Source of the DNA: Candidatus Latescibacterota bacterium
Lineage (GTDB): Bacteria; Latescibacterota; UBA2968; UBA8231
Length of the DNA stretch: 64,000 nucleotides
NCBI GenBank assembly: GCA_963422735.1
Contig: OY730476.1
Location: 1,952,001 to 2,016,000, forward strand
Direction: 5' to 3'
The notes under the pieces were generated by a model. The model was not told the DNA's origin, made no database searches, and worked only from the letters and a program-made list of their open reading frames with translations. This document shows positions 19,727 to 28,762 of this stretch, one piece after another. The position numbers were made by a program, and so were the translations under genes. Each line of letters begins with the position of its first letter. Within the stretch, counting starts at the first letter, position 1.

Positions 19727-21448
19727 ATGTCCATCCTAGCGTTCCTTGTCTGTTGCCTCTGTTTGGCCTGTAGCTCTACGGAAGAGATCGCGCCACCCGC
19801 ACCGCTGCCGCACACCGCGCCCGCAGCCCCGTCTCTCCACTTTGTCGAAGTAGCTTCTACCGTCGGTCTGACATGGCAGCACGAAAACGGCCGCAGCCCC
19901 CAGCGGCACTTCCCCGAGACCATGGGTGGTGGAGGTGCCTTCTTCGACTACGACGGCGATGGCGATTTGGATATTTACGCCGTAAACGGCGCTTTTATCT
20001 CCGCCGATTCGCAGGATGCGGCCCCTGCCAATAGGCTCTTTCGCAACGATGGCCAGCACTTTGTCTCGGTCGAGGCCGGAGTCGCCCACCGAGGCGTTGG
20101 CATGGGGGTTGCCGCGTCCGACTACGACAGTGATGGCGACCTCGACCTCTATTTGACCAACTTTGGCCCCAACGCGCTCTTTCGCAACGACGACGGATAC
20201 TTTGCCGAAATCGGACGGCAGACCGGCGTTGCCGATGCGCGCTGGGGCACGAGCTGCACCTTTGCCGATTACGACCGCGACGGCGATCTCGACCTTTATG
20301 TCGCTAACTACGTGGCCTACGATCCAGCCGCGGCCCGCCTCGATCAAGTACCCTATATGGCTGGCTACGAAAGCTATGGCGGTCAGGCACCTGTCGGCTA
20401 TCCGCATCCAGACAACTTCGAGGGCCAGGCCGATCTGCTCTACCGCAACGATGGCGGGGGGCACTTTGTTGATGTCTCGGCAGGAGCGGGTATCGCTGAT
20501 GCGAGCGGCAAGGGGCTAGGGGTGGCTTTTGGCGACTACGACCGCGACGGCTGGCCCGACATCTACGTGGCCAATGACGCAGTGCGCAACTTCCTCTACC
20601 ACAACAGCCACGATGGGACCTTTACCGAAAGAGCGGGACTGATGGGGGTGGCTTATGGCCAAGATGGGCAGATGGAAGCGGGCATGGGAGTAGATTGGGG
20701 CGACTACAACGGCGACGGCGTACTTGATTTAACGGTGACCAACTTTCAGGCCGAGCCTAACGCACTCTATCGGGGCGAAGGCGGCTTCTTCTCGGTTGCA
20801 ACCTTTGCCGCCGGAATGGGTCTTCCGTCGCTGCCCTTGCTCGGGTTTGGCACCCAGTTTTTCGACCCCGACCTCGATGGCGATCTCGACCTGTTTGCCG
20901 CTAACGGCCACGTCCTCGACAACGTCCGCGACATCGACCAATCCACTAGCTATGGGCAGCGCAATTTGCTCTTCCGCAACGACGGCGGCCGCTTCGCCGA
21001 GGTTTCCGCGATAGCTGGCCCCGGCTTCTCCCTAGAGCGCGTCAGCCGCGGCAGTGCCACCGGCGACTACGACGACGACGGCGATCCCGATCTACTAGTT
21101 TTCAATTCAGGTCAACCACTCAGCTTGCTGCGCAACGACCAAGGCGACGCCAACCACTGGATGACCCTCCGACTCGTGGGAGCTAACGGTAACCCTAACG
21201 GCATCGGCACTTGGCTGACGGCGACCAGCGGCGGCCTAGTCCAGAATAGGGAACTGCGCGGCAGCCGCTCGTACCTATCGCAGAGTCAACTCCGCATCTG
21301 TTTGGGACTAGGGAAACGGCCGCAACTCGACGCGCTAACAGTGCGCTGGCCTTCGGGCCGCGTGGATCGATTCGGTCCCTTTGCAGCCAACCAAGCCATC
21401 GTGCTCGTCGAAGGCGAGGGCGTCAGCGCGGCTTCTGACCCGCCCTAA
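19727..21448 (+). CDS. CRTAC1/ASPIC-UnbV family FG-GAP repeat lipoprotein
   Basis: Start moved to ATG 19727 (MSILAFLVCCLCLA|C); ETMGGGGAFFDYDGDGDLD, FG-GAP repeats and an UnbV-like C-terminus. Confidence 0.9.
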   Translation: MSILAFLVCCLCLACSSTEEIAPPAPLPHTAPAAPSLHFVEVASTVGLTWQHENGRSPQRHFPETMGGGGAFFDYDGDGDLDIYAVNGAFISADSQDAAPANRLFRNDGQHFVSVEAGVAHRGVGMGVAASDYDSDGDLDLYLTNFGPNALFRNDDGYFAEIGRQTGVADARWGTSCTFADYDRDGDLDLYVANYVAYDPAAARLDQVPYMAGYESYGGQAPVGYPHPDNFEGQADLLYRNDGGGHFVDVSAGAGIADASGKGLGVAFGDYDRDGWPDIYVANDAVRNFLYHNSHDGTFTERAGLMGVAYGQDGQMEAGMGVDWGDYNGDGVLDLTVTNFQAEPNALYRGEGGFFSVATFAAGMGLPSLPLLGFGTQFFDPDLDGDLDLFAANGHVLDNVRDIDQSTSYGQRNLLFRNDGGRFAEVSAIAGPGFSLERVSRGSATGDYDDDGDPDLLVFNSGQPLSLLRNDQGDANHWMTLRLVGANGNPNGIGTWLTATSGGLVQNRELRGSRSYLSQSQLRICLGLGKRPQLDALTVRWPSGRVDRFGPFAANQAIVLVEGEGVSAASDPP

Positions 21449-23441
21449 TCTGCGCGACGAGTGCGCGGCCGAACGCCTCTTGCTGCTGCTCGGCAGCTAC
21501 CTGCACGACGTACGGCTCGGCGTCGGCCAAGCGACCCGCAGTCATCAGTTCGGTGACCAACAGCTCTAGCAAGTCCGTTGTGAACATCTTGCGGATATTC
21601 GCGTCTTGCGCTGCGCTTTCTAGATCTGTCAACGCCTTGACATGCTCTCCGAGCAAATGGTAGGCATAGCCGCGGATAAAGTCCTGTAACCCCGGGGAAA
21701 AGTCCGGGGCTTCGCTCAAGAAGCGCAAGCGGTCTAGCAGGGCGGAGAGCGTAGCACGCCCATCGGCCCCAATAAGATCTCCCGCGAGTTGTCCACAACG
21801 CATCTGGCGCAGCGTACTCCACAAATCGCCCCATATTGTATAAGGCTCCTCCAAACGAGCCGCGCGATAATAGGCCCGCGCACGCTCGTACTCCCGAGCG
21901 GCGTAGCACGCCTCAGCCACGTTCAGCGCCAATAGCTCCGGCCCCTCTCCCGTTCGCCAGTGCTCGACTCCGCTCCGCTCTCCGGCACTCAATTCGTCCC
22001 ACAGGGCCGCGGCTTGCTGGCGCAAGGTCTGCACTCGACGCTCGTTGCCCTCATCCAAAGGAGGCGCGGCCAAGAGTACGGCCATGGCCCGCAGCACGGC
22101 CAGCCGCTCGACGGGCAAGTCGCCTAGCCTACGGCGGTATTCGTCGGCTGCCGCCAACCGATCCTCAGCGTCGGGCGCGACCTTCCAAGGAGCCGGTGCT
22201 CCTTCCAGCGCAGCGACAATGGCCCGGGCCAAGAGCACTTGGCCAGCCGCCGCTGGATGCAAATGATCGGCCATCAACTCCCAACCTACCCCTGCCTCCG
22301 GGCTATGGGCGCGGAAGCGCACCTCGACATCGGCGAGGAGCACCCCTTCTTCGGCCGCGACTCGGCGGACGATCTCGTTTAGGGTTGCTGTCGCCCGCCA
22401 AGGCCGGGGATCCAACTCGCGAGCCTGCACATAAGCCGCCCGCGCCTTAGCCCCACGAGCCAACTGCTCTAAGTGATAACCGCGCAAGAAGTGCAAATAG
22501 GCGTCGTCCGCATAGAGTGCTTCGGCCTGCTCCAAGGATGCCAGCGCGGCCGACGGGGCTTGCTCCCTATGGCCCTGAGCTAAAAAATTCACATAGCGCA
22601 CGCGCTCCCCATCCGGCAAAGGCGGCTCAATGTGCGCTGGCGCGAAACCGCGCTCGTTGCTGGTCACCGTACAGAGCACCAAGGGTATGCGCTGCGCTCG
22701 GCAAAAGGCCGCCACGTCGCGGAGATTGGCTTCTAAGTTGGCCGCTGCCTGCGCCCGCCGCGGATCGGACGCCGGGATCGCGCCTGCCTTAGACATCACC
22801 TCGATTAAGGGACCTTCCGCCCTCTCTTTTCCCAATGGCCCGATCAGCTTGCCGACCAAGGGCCTCAGCCGCCACTGCACCAGCGCGTAGTGGACCCGCT
22901 TCATCCACACCGCTTGCCCTCCTTGGGCCAATGAGGCCGCCCCATAAACCCCGTATAGCTCGTTGTGTCCGGTATAGACTACGATCAAGTCCGCCCCGAG
23001 TGCGGCTTTGCCATCTTCCACGGCGCGGGCCACGGCAAAGCTCGAAGCCGCGGTGATTCCGGCGTTAAAGACTTCGATCTGACGCTCTGGAAAGAGGTCG
23101 CCGAGCATTTCTTGGAGATAAGACGGGGCCGCTAAACGCTTGGGGTGGGGGTAGCCCTGTACGGTCGAACCCCCGGCAAAAAGCACGCGCAATGCGCCAG
23201 CGGGCGCAGGTTCGATATAGGGCCTCGGGGTCATGCGGATGCCGCGCCGGATAGGCTCGGCCATGTCGGCGAAGAAGCGACGGGCGTAATCCGGGTTGAC
23301 CGCGTGGAGCACCCGGCCCTCGACGTGCGCTAGTTGGATGGCAAACGCCGGCGGATCCAACGCCGGGATCAGCCGCAACCCACCTTCGATGAGCGCGACC
23401 AAGACCAAGCCGAGCAGCAACGCCGCGAGCCGGCCGCGCAT
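21423..23441 (-). CDS. SGNH/GDSL hydrolase-like protein with TPRs
   Basis: N-terminal TM ending EGGLR; block motifs GGSTVQG, EVFNAG, YTGHNE and DHLHP; TPR-like helices. Confidence 0.8.
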   Translation of the reverse strand: MRGRLAALLLGLVLVALIEGGLRLIPALDPPAFAIQLAHVEGRVLHAVNPDYARRFFADMAEPIRRGIRMTPRPYIEPAPAGALRVLFAGGSTVQGYPHPKRLAAPSYLQEMLGDLFPERQIEVFNAGITAASSFAVARAVEDGKAALGADLIVVYTGHNELYGVYGAASLAQGGQAVWMKRVHYALVQWRLRPLVGKLIGPLGKERAEGPLIEVMSKAGAIPASDPRRAQAAANLEANLRDVAAFCRAQRIPLVLCTVTSNERGFAPAHIEPPLPDGERVRYVNFLAQGHREQAPSAALASLEQAEALYADDAYLHFLRGYHLEQLARGAKARAAYVQARELDPRPWRATATLNEIVRRVAAEEGVLLADVEVRFRAHSPEAGVGWELMADHLHPAAAGQVLLARAIVAALEGAPAPWKVAPDAEDRLAAADEYRRRLGDLPVERLAVLRAMAVLLAAPPLDEGNERRVQTLRQQAAALWDELSAGERSGVEHWRTGEGPELLALNVAEACYAAREYERARAYYRAARLEEPYTIWGDLWSTLRQMRCGQLAGDLIGADGRATLSALLDRLRFLSEAPDFSPGLQDFIRGYAYHLLGEHVKALTDLESAAQDANIRKMFTTDLLELLVTELMTAGRLADAEPYVVQVAAEQQQEAFGRALVAQIRAGQKPR

Positions 23442-23444
23442 TTT

Positions 23445-25109
23445 TTAAAAGGCGTCAGCGTAGCGAGCGAGGGCGTCTTGGCTGATATGCACCTCGCCTG
23501 CATACGCTTGGCGCAGCGAGTCGAGAAACGCATTGAAGAGTACACCTTCTCGGCGCTTGCGGATATCCACGCGAATGGGCCGCTGTACCTGCTTAAAGGG
23601 CAGCAACGCCATCTCGTAAGGCTGGTTGAGGCGAAAGACGCTGTACTTCTCTTGGACTTCCATTGGACCTTGCAGTACCCCAACGTCTTTGGAATTGCTG
23701 TCGCCAAAAAAGGTGCGGTACGGCGACTGATAGAGCGACTCGATGGTGACCCGACCGCTGTCGGCGAATGTGTGACCGCCCACTGGCTTCATACTGGACC
23801 GCACCGAATGGCGAACAGCCAAAGCCTCTAGTCGTTCCCCAGCACGCACCTGAGCGAGGATCGCCTCGGCCTCCGCGCGCGTATCGACCAGAACCTCGGT
23901 CATCTCGATGATACCGGGCAAGGACTTGTAGGTATCGAGGTATTTTTCGTAATAGGCTCTAACTTCGGCATCCGTCACCTCGACCCTACCCTCGACCTCG
24001 TCTAGGCGCAATTGGGACGCGAGAAGCTTCTGGTGCTTTTTCTCTTTCCACTCCACTATGTCGGCCCGCTGATGCAGCCCTTGAGCGCGGGCCTCGAGGG
24101 ACAGCAGCGAATCGGGAAGAATCCACAACTCAAGCACTTGGAAGACCGCTGTGCTGTCGGGCGGCAACGTACCTTTTTCCACATTGAGCAGCCCCTGCAC
24201 GAAGTCGCCCACTTTGATTGCGCCCCCTGTGTATTCGATCAGCGGTGCCTGCGCTTGCGCTTGGCTCAGTCCACCGCGGTGCAATCCATTGAGCACGGCG
24301 TGGATGCGATTTCGGTGATAGCGCAGGTCGTGCGCCTTCTTGAGCGAATCAATGACCGCTTCGCGCCGACTCACCCACTTGCGCCGGCTTAGCTGCTTGG
24401 CGATATCGTCGCGCAACTGCTCGAAGGGAATGCGCCGCTTTTTGAGCACCTTGACCACCTCATAGCCATCGATGGTGCGGATCGGCTCGCTGATCTGGCC
24501 TTCTTCCAAGTGGAAGGTGCCATCGCGCAGATTGGACACGGCACCACCTTGGTCGAAGAAGGCACCGAGATTGCCGCCTTTGTCCGCGTCGTCAGCTAGG
24601 GAACGCTCGCGGGCCAACTCGGAGAAACTAGCCCCTGCATCCAGCAGGCGGATGATTTCGCGGGCGTCTTCTTCGCGAGCGGAGAGGATGTGCGCCGGCC
24701 AAATTTCCCAACCCAGCGACTGCTCCTCATAGGCCGCACGAAGTTCCTCTTCGGTAATTGTGAACTGGGCATCAACTATTTCGCGAGACAACTCCTCAGC
24801 TAAGCGCTTATTGACCATCTTGGAAAGCTTGTGCTTCAGGTCGGGCAGCCGATCCAGTCTCCGCTTCCTAGCCTCGCGCAGCACGAGATCCTTGTCCACC
24901 AAGCTCTGCAAATGTACGCGATGGGCAGCCACGCCCTCTTTCTTTGAGCGCAGATAGTCGGGCAACTCCCGCTCGTAGCGGTCGAGGTCTAGGGCAGTAA
25001 TCGCCTCCCCGGCGACCGTGGCCAAGACAGCGGCTAAATCGGCGGTTTTGCTCTCTGGGCCGCAACCTGCAAGCACCAAGAGGGCAACTAAAAAATGTCT
25101 CCACGACAT
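23445..25109 (-). CDS. SurA/PrsA-like PpiC peptidyl-prolyl isomerase lipoprotein (two rotamase-like domains)
   Basis: Probable start MSWRHF...LAG|C; HIL...GASFSELARERS.....GGNLG...GQISEPIRTIDGY.VVKV, plus a second degenerate domain. Confidence 0.85.
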   Translation of the reverse strand: MSWRHFLVALLVLAGCGPESKTADLAAVLATVAGEAITALDLDRYERELPDYLRSKKEGVAAHRVHLQSLVDKDLVLREARKRRLDRLPDLKHKLSKMVNKRLAEELSREIVDAQFTITEEELRAAYEEQSLGWEIWPAHILSAREEDAREIIRLLDAGASFSELARERSLADDADKGGNLGAFFDQGGAVSNLRDGTFHLEEGQISEPIRTIDGYEVVKVLKKRRIPFEQLRDDIAKQLSRRKWVSRREAVIDSLKKAHDLRYHRNRIHAVLNGLHRGGLSQAQAQAPLIEYTGGAIKVGDFVQGLLNVEKGTLPPDSTAVFQVLELWILPDSLLSLEARAQGLHQRADIVEWKEKKHQKLLASQLRLDEVEGRVEVTDAEVRAYYEKYLDTYKSLPGIIEMTEVLVDTRAEAEAILAQVRAGERLEALAVRHSVRSSMKPVGGHTFADSGRVTIESLYQSPYRTFFGDSNSKDVGVLQGPMEVQEKYSVFRLNQPYEMALLPFKQVQRPIRVDIRKRREGVLFNAFLDSLRQAYAGEVHISQDALARYADAF

Positions 25110-25196
25110 ACGTTTCTCACCTGTGTACAAAATCTGCGCGGTACCGCTCTCATAGCGGCACCGCGCATCTGAGTGATATTCGCCAATGGCACCGCG

Positions 25197-25955
25197 CTAC
25201 TTGTTGGTCGCCACCTTGCTCCCGTCTGGATAGACGCGGCCGATCTCCCGCTCAAAGTGCATTTCGACGTCCACATCCTCAATCGGATCCCCCTTGAAGT
25301 CGAAGCGCACCACCACATCGGGAATATGGACGGTCAACCCGTCGACATCCGGTGCCAGTGGCTTGAAGACGAGATACCCCTCGTTCTGTTGGGCGCTGAA
25401 CACCTGCTCATCGGGAAACATCGTGGTCCGCAAGATGCCGGTACGCTCCTGCCAGATGTAGCGAGCGTTGCCGAGCATCCCAGGCTCGTTGCCGCCGGTG
25501 CCACCGCCGATATAACTGCGGTAATATCTCGAGAGCTGTTCGTGGCTCAGCGCGTAGTACTTGCGCCCGTTAGAGGTGGTCATATAGACCTTTTGGGGGT
25601 CGAGATAGACCTTGGGGTATTCGTAATTAGAAAGATACATGCGAAAGACTGTGAAGCGGTGCGGGGTATCCCCAGTGCGAAAGTACGTCGAGTTGCCAAA
25701 CGTGTAGGGGTTGCGCGAGTCGGCCCCCTCGTTGGAGTACGCGCTGAACTGGCGGTTCAACTCCTCGTCGGTCATCGGCCGCAGGCTGATTTCAAGACGC
25801 GCTTGTATATAGGACACGGTGCCATCGTCGGCCACCGTCTTATTAGCCCCTTGCTCAATCTCGTTCAGCGGCTTGAGATCCTCTGCATAGTAGCGATAGG
25901 AGCAGCCCGGAAAAATCAGCCCAACCAGAAGCAACGGTGTGAAACATTTCAGCAT
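25197..25955 (-). CDS. Lipoprotein of unknown function, paralog B
   Basis: Start ATG 25955 after AGGAGG; FPG|C lipobox-like; clear paralog of 8142..8888. Confidence 0.85.
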   Translation of the reverse strand: MLKCFTPLLLVGLIFPGCSYRYYAEDLKPLNEIEQGANKTVADDGTVSYIQARLEISLRPMTDEELNRQFSAYSNEGADSRNPYTFGNSTYFRTGDTPHRFTVFRMYLSNYEYPKVYLDPQKVYMTTSNGRKYYALSHEQLSRYYRSYIGGGTGGNEPGMLGNARYIWQERTGILRTTMFPDEQVFSAQQNEGYLVFKPLAPDVDGLTVHIPDVVVRFDFKGDPIEDVDVEMHFEREIGRVYPDGSKVATNK

Positions 25956-25965
25956 GGGGAACCTC

Positions 25966-28716
25966 CTACTCAAGACCGGCGAACACGGTGACGAATATGG
26001 CCGTTTCAGTGCGCGCCTTTTCGGCCGAGGCGCGATCGATCCGCGATACGCGGAACCCAGTCTGGGTCCACAGATTGTAGCCTAGGTATTCGGCGTTGTT
26101 GGTAAACTGCAAGGCATAGACCATCTCGTTGCGATCCGAGCGCAGCAAATGGGTTTCCAACTCCTCGCGGAACTGCTCGACGAGTAAGTACTCTAGGCCG
26201 GTCTGTAATTCTGTGCGCGACAGAATCGGTACGCGCAGTACCAAAGACCAGAGCTCGCGCAACTCCGTAGTCGCCATCCGCTCTTGGGTGTCCTCGCGGC
26301 GCGAGGGCCGCTGGTGCTGGAACTCGCTCTTCCAGCGCGGCTGGAACTTGAGGACCCCGAGGTCGAAAGTGTAATCAACCTTATTGAGGACGCCGAAGAA
26401 GGAAGCCGTCTCGCGGATATCTTGCTCCTCAATCGGCCGTGCGGCGTAATTGGACTGTTTGAAAACCTCCCACTTGAAGCGGTTCTTGATGTGGATGCGG
26501 TCGCTTTGGTATTGATAGCCCAAGTACAGGGTATTGGCCCAACCATCGCGTAGGGGCAGGGGGTCGGTATAGGGTACTTCGTCGCCGCGCGATCCCTCGC
26601 GCAAGACCCACTCGATCACGTCGTCGCGGACATCGTCTTGGACCTTCCGGTAGTTGTTGTACACCTGCACACGCCCCTTGCTGGCGTAGTCTTTGTCAAA
26701 GGTCAGCAAGGCGTAATTGGTGACGTTCTCGCGGGCGTCGGCTAGCTGGCGCTCGTCGAGGCGACCGACGGTCAGCCGCGCCTCTGGGCCCAAGTGGGAA
26801 CCAGCGTAAATATTGTACCCGCGCCGATCCCGCTTGTAGAGGTAGTCGGGCAGAATGTCGTTTTCAAAACGGTCAACGATGCCGTTATTGTTCATATCGA
26901 CTCCGAAGAGGAATTCGGGCCGATCCGAAGCATAGCGGAGAAAAGGCTCCTCGTAATCAGGCACTTTATTCTCGCGCCACTCGTTGTCATTTTGGTTGAA
27001 GTCGTTGATGAAGTCGTTGTTCTCGTCAAAACCAGGGAAAACCCGGAGGTCCTGTGAGAAGTTGGCACGCAACCAGTCGGGGTTGCGGTCCTGATCGTCG
27101 TTGTCATCGACGAATTCGTAAACGAAACGTCTGTCGTCGTCGTAGTTGATATCGGCCGCGTCGTTCAGGGTGCCGGCTAAAAAGGTGCTGGTGCTGTAGC
27201 TAGGATCAACGTTATATACCTCGCCGAAGCCAAAGTAGGGATAAGCGCGTTTATACACGTTGACAAACCAAGCATCGGCCGAGGTGCTGTGCGCCTTGTG
27301 CTGGGTCACGTCAATTTCCGACCGCCGCGGATAGCGAAAGTGCTGGCGGTTGCGGTCGTATTCCCCCGAGAAGTAAAACCCGCTGACATCCATAACATCG
27401 AGCGTAAAACCGAAGATCTCATTGGCTACCGGCAACCCGTATTTGACGCGCACAAAGCCCTGATTCGAGCCATCCTGCACGTTGCCGTCGGCGCGCACTG
27501 TGCGATCGGGAATGCCCTCAGAGAGCAAGACCGGCTGACCGTTGGCGTTGAGTTGGCGGCTGGAGGTAACGTCGATCCGGTAGTCGTTGGCCAAAAGCAA
27601 CAGGAACTCAATGCTCTTGATCTGCTCGGGCTGAGGGCCGAAGGAGTTGCGGTACTGCGGACCTTCAAGGTCGTAAACTAGCACGATGACCTCGTTGCCA
27701 TCGGCCGAAAGGAATCCTTCGCGGCGGAAGCCCCCCTGTACTGCCGGGCTGAAGTCGAGGATGTTGTTATTGCCGATGCGGCGGCGATTGCTGATGCGCT
27801 CGCCGTCAATGGTAGTAATGATCATCTCCTCCTGAAAGAAGGCCGTGCCCGCCTCACCGTCCTCGGGCGAATCGTCGCTCAACCGCACCTCAATGCGCGT
27901 GACGTCGGCGTTGTTCTGGCCCTCGGTGAGCGTACCCTTGAAGGGGTTGCCCTGAAATGCTTGCCCTTTGGTCGAGGAGTTGAAAGCATTGACGTAAGTC
28001 GCGCCAAACTTGACAAAGTCGCCGACCTGCATGATGCCGCGGCCGCCGATCAGGTTGGTGTCGTTCGAGCGGAAACGACCGGTGCTAGCCGTCTCTAAAG
28101 TTTCGACTTGCCCAGGTGAACTGGGACGCGAAACGAGAAGTGTCGCCTCGTATTTGTCCGTGGCCAAGTCGAACTGAATACCGGCGAATGTCGGTTTGGA
28201 AAAGGTCATCGGCGTCAGCGTCGTGCGGATGCGATCGCTGATGGTCAGGGCATAGGCGTATTGGCCTTTCTGATCCGAGGCGATGACCAAGCTCGCAAAC
28301 CAGCTACTGAATCGGCCGGTTTTTAGTAGGCTGCTGCCCGATGTCTGCGGTGCTGCAATGCTCCAGTCGTAAATGAGTTCACCGCGGGTGATGTAATTCC
28401 CGTAGAGGTCGTAGAAATACTGGCCTTCCTGGTTGGTGTTCACAAAGCGCTGATAATGTCGGCGGGCATAATTGGTATAGTCCTGTTGCCGCCATTGGTA
28501 TTCATTAAAAAGTTCTTGGGGCACGTACCACTTCTTCACCGCTGGATCCAGTGCGTCAAAAAGCACCCCCGACCCAGTGGGATCGTAGAAAACCTCCCCA
28601 CCGCGGCGCATACCCAGACGCGAACCGAAGTCCTCCTGTGCTGGGAGATACTCGACCACCACTCCCAGCATCAGGACCGCCACCGCACCGGTGCGGAAAC
28701 TCCTAACTGTGTTCAC
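25966..28716 (-). CDS. 916-aa exported protein, probable large outer-membrane beta-barrel of unknown family
   Basis: GTG start with GGAGG; signal peptide; aromatic-rich alternating strands in the C-terminal third, ending TAIFVTVFAGLE; internal D/N-rich loops (DDNDDQD, DENNDFIND, DMNNNG). Confidence 0.65.
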   Translation of the reverse strand: MNTVRSFRTGAVAVLMLGVVVEYLPAQEDFGSRLGMRRGGEVFYDPTGSGVLFDALDPAVKKWYVPQELFNEYQWRQQDYTNYARRHYQRFVNTNQEGQYFYDLYGNYITRGELIYDWSIAAPQTSGSSLLKTGRFSSWFASLVIASDQKGQYAYALTISDRIRTTLTPMTFSKPTFAGIQFDLATDKYEATLLVSRPSSPGQVETLETASTGRFRSNDTNLIGGRGIMQVGDFVKFGATYVNAFNSSTKGQAFQGNPFKGTLTEGQNNADVTRIEVRLSDDSPEDGEAGTAFFQEEMIITTIDGERISNRRRIGNNNILDFSPAVQGGFRREGFLSADGNEVIVLVYDLEGPQYRNSFGPQPEQIKSIEFLLLLANDYRIDVTSSRQLNANGQPVLLSEGIPDRTVRADGNVQDGSNQGFVRVKYGLPVANEIFGFTLDVMDVSGFYFSGEYDRNRQHFRYPRRSEIDVTQHKAHSTSADAWFVNVYKRAYPYFGFGEVYNVDPSYSTSTFLAGTLNDAADINYDDDRRFVYEFVDDNDDQDRNPDWLRANFSQDLRVFPGFDENNDFINDFNQNDNEWRENKVPDYEEPFLRYASDRPEFLFGVDMNNNGIVDRFENDILPDYLYKRDRRGYNIYAGSHLGPEARLTVGRLDERQLADARENVTNYALLTFDKDYASKGRVQVYNNYRKVQDDVRDDVIEWVLREGSRGDEVPYTDPLPLRDGWANTLYLGYQYQSDRIHIKNRFKWEVFKQSNYAARPIEEQDIRETASFFGVLNKVDYTFDLGVLKFQPRWKSEFQHQRPSRREDTQERMATTELRELWSLVLRVPILSRTELQTGLEYLLVEQFREELETHLLRSDRNEMVYALQFTNNAEYLGYNLWTQTGFRVSRIDRASAEKARTETAIFVTVFAGLE

Positions 28717-28762
28717 AAATACCCTCCCTTGTTGTCGAATTCCGGTCCGAAATGCTGCTTTA

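Noticed and set aside
21423-21448. Convergent gene overlaps (26 bp here, 13 bp at 46108-46120)
   Set aside because: Short 3' overlaps are common and show no sign of frameshift or truncation.
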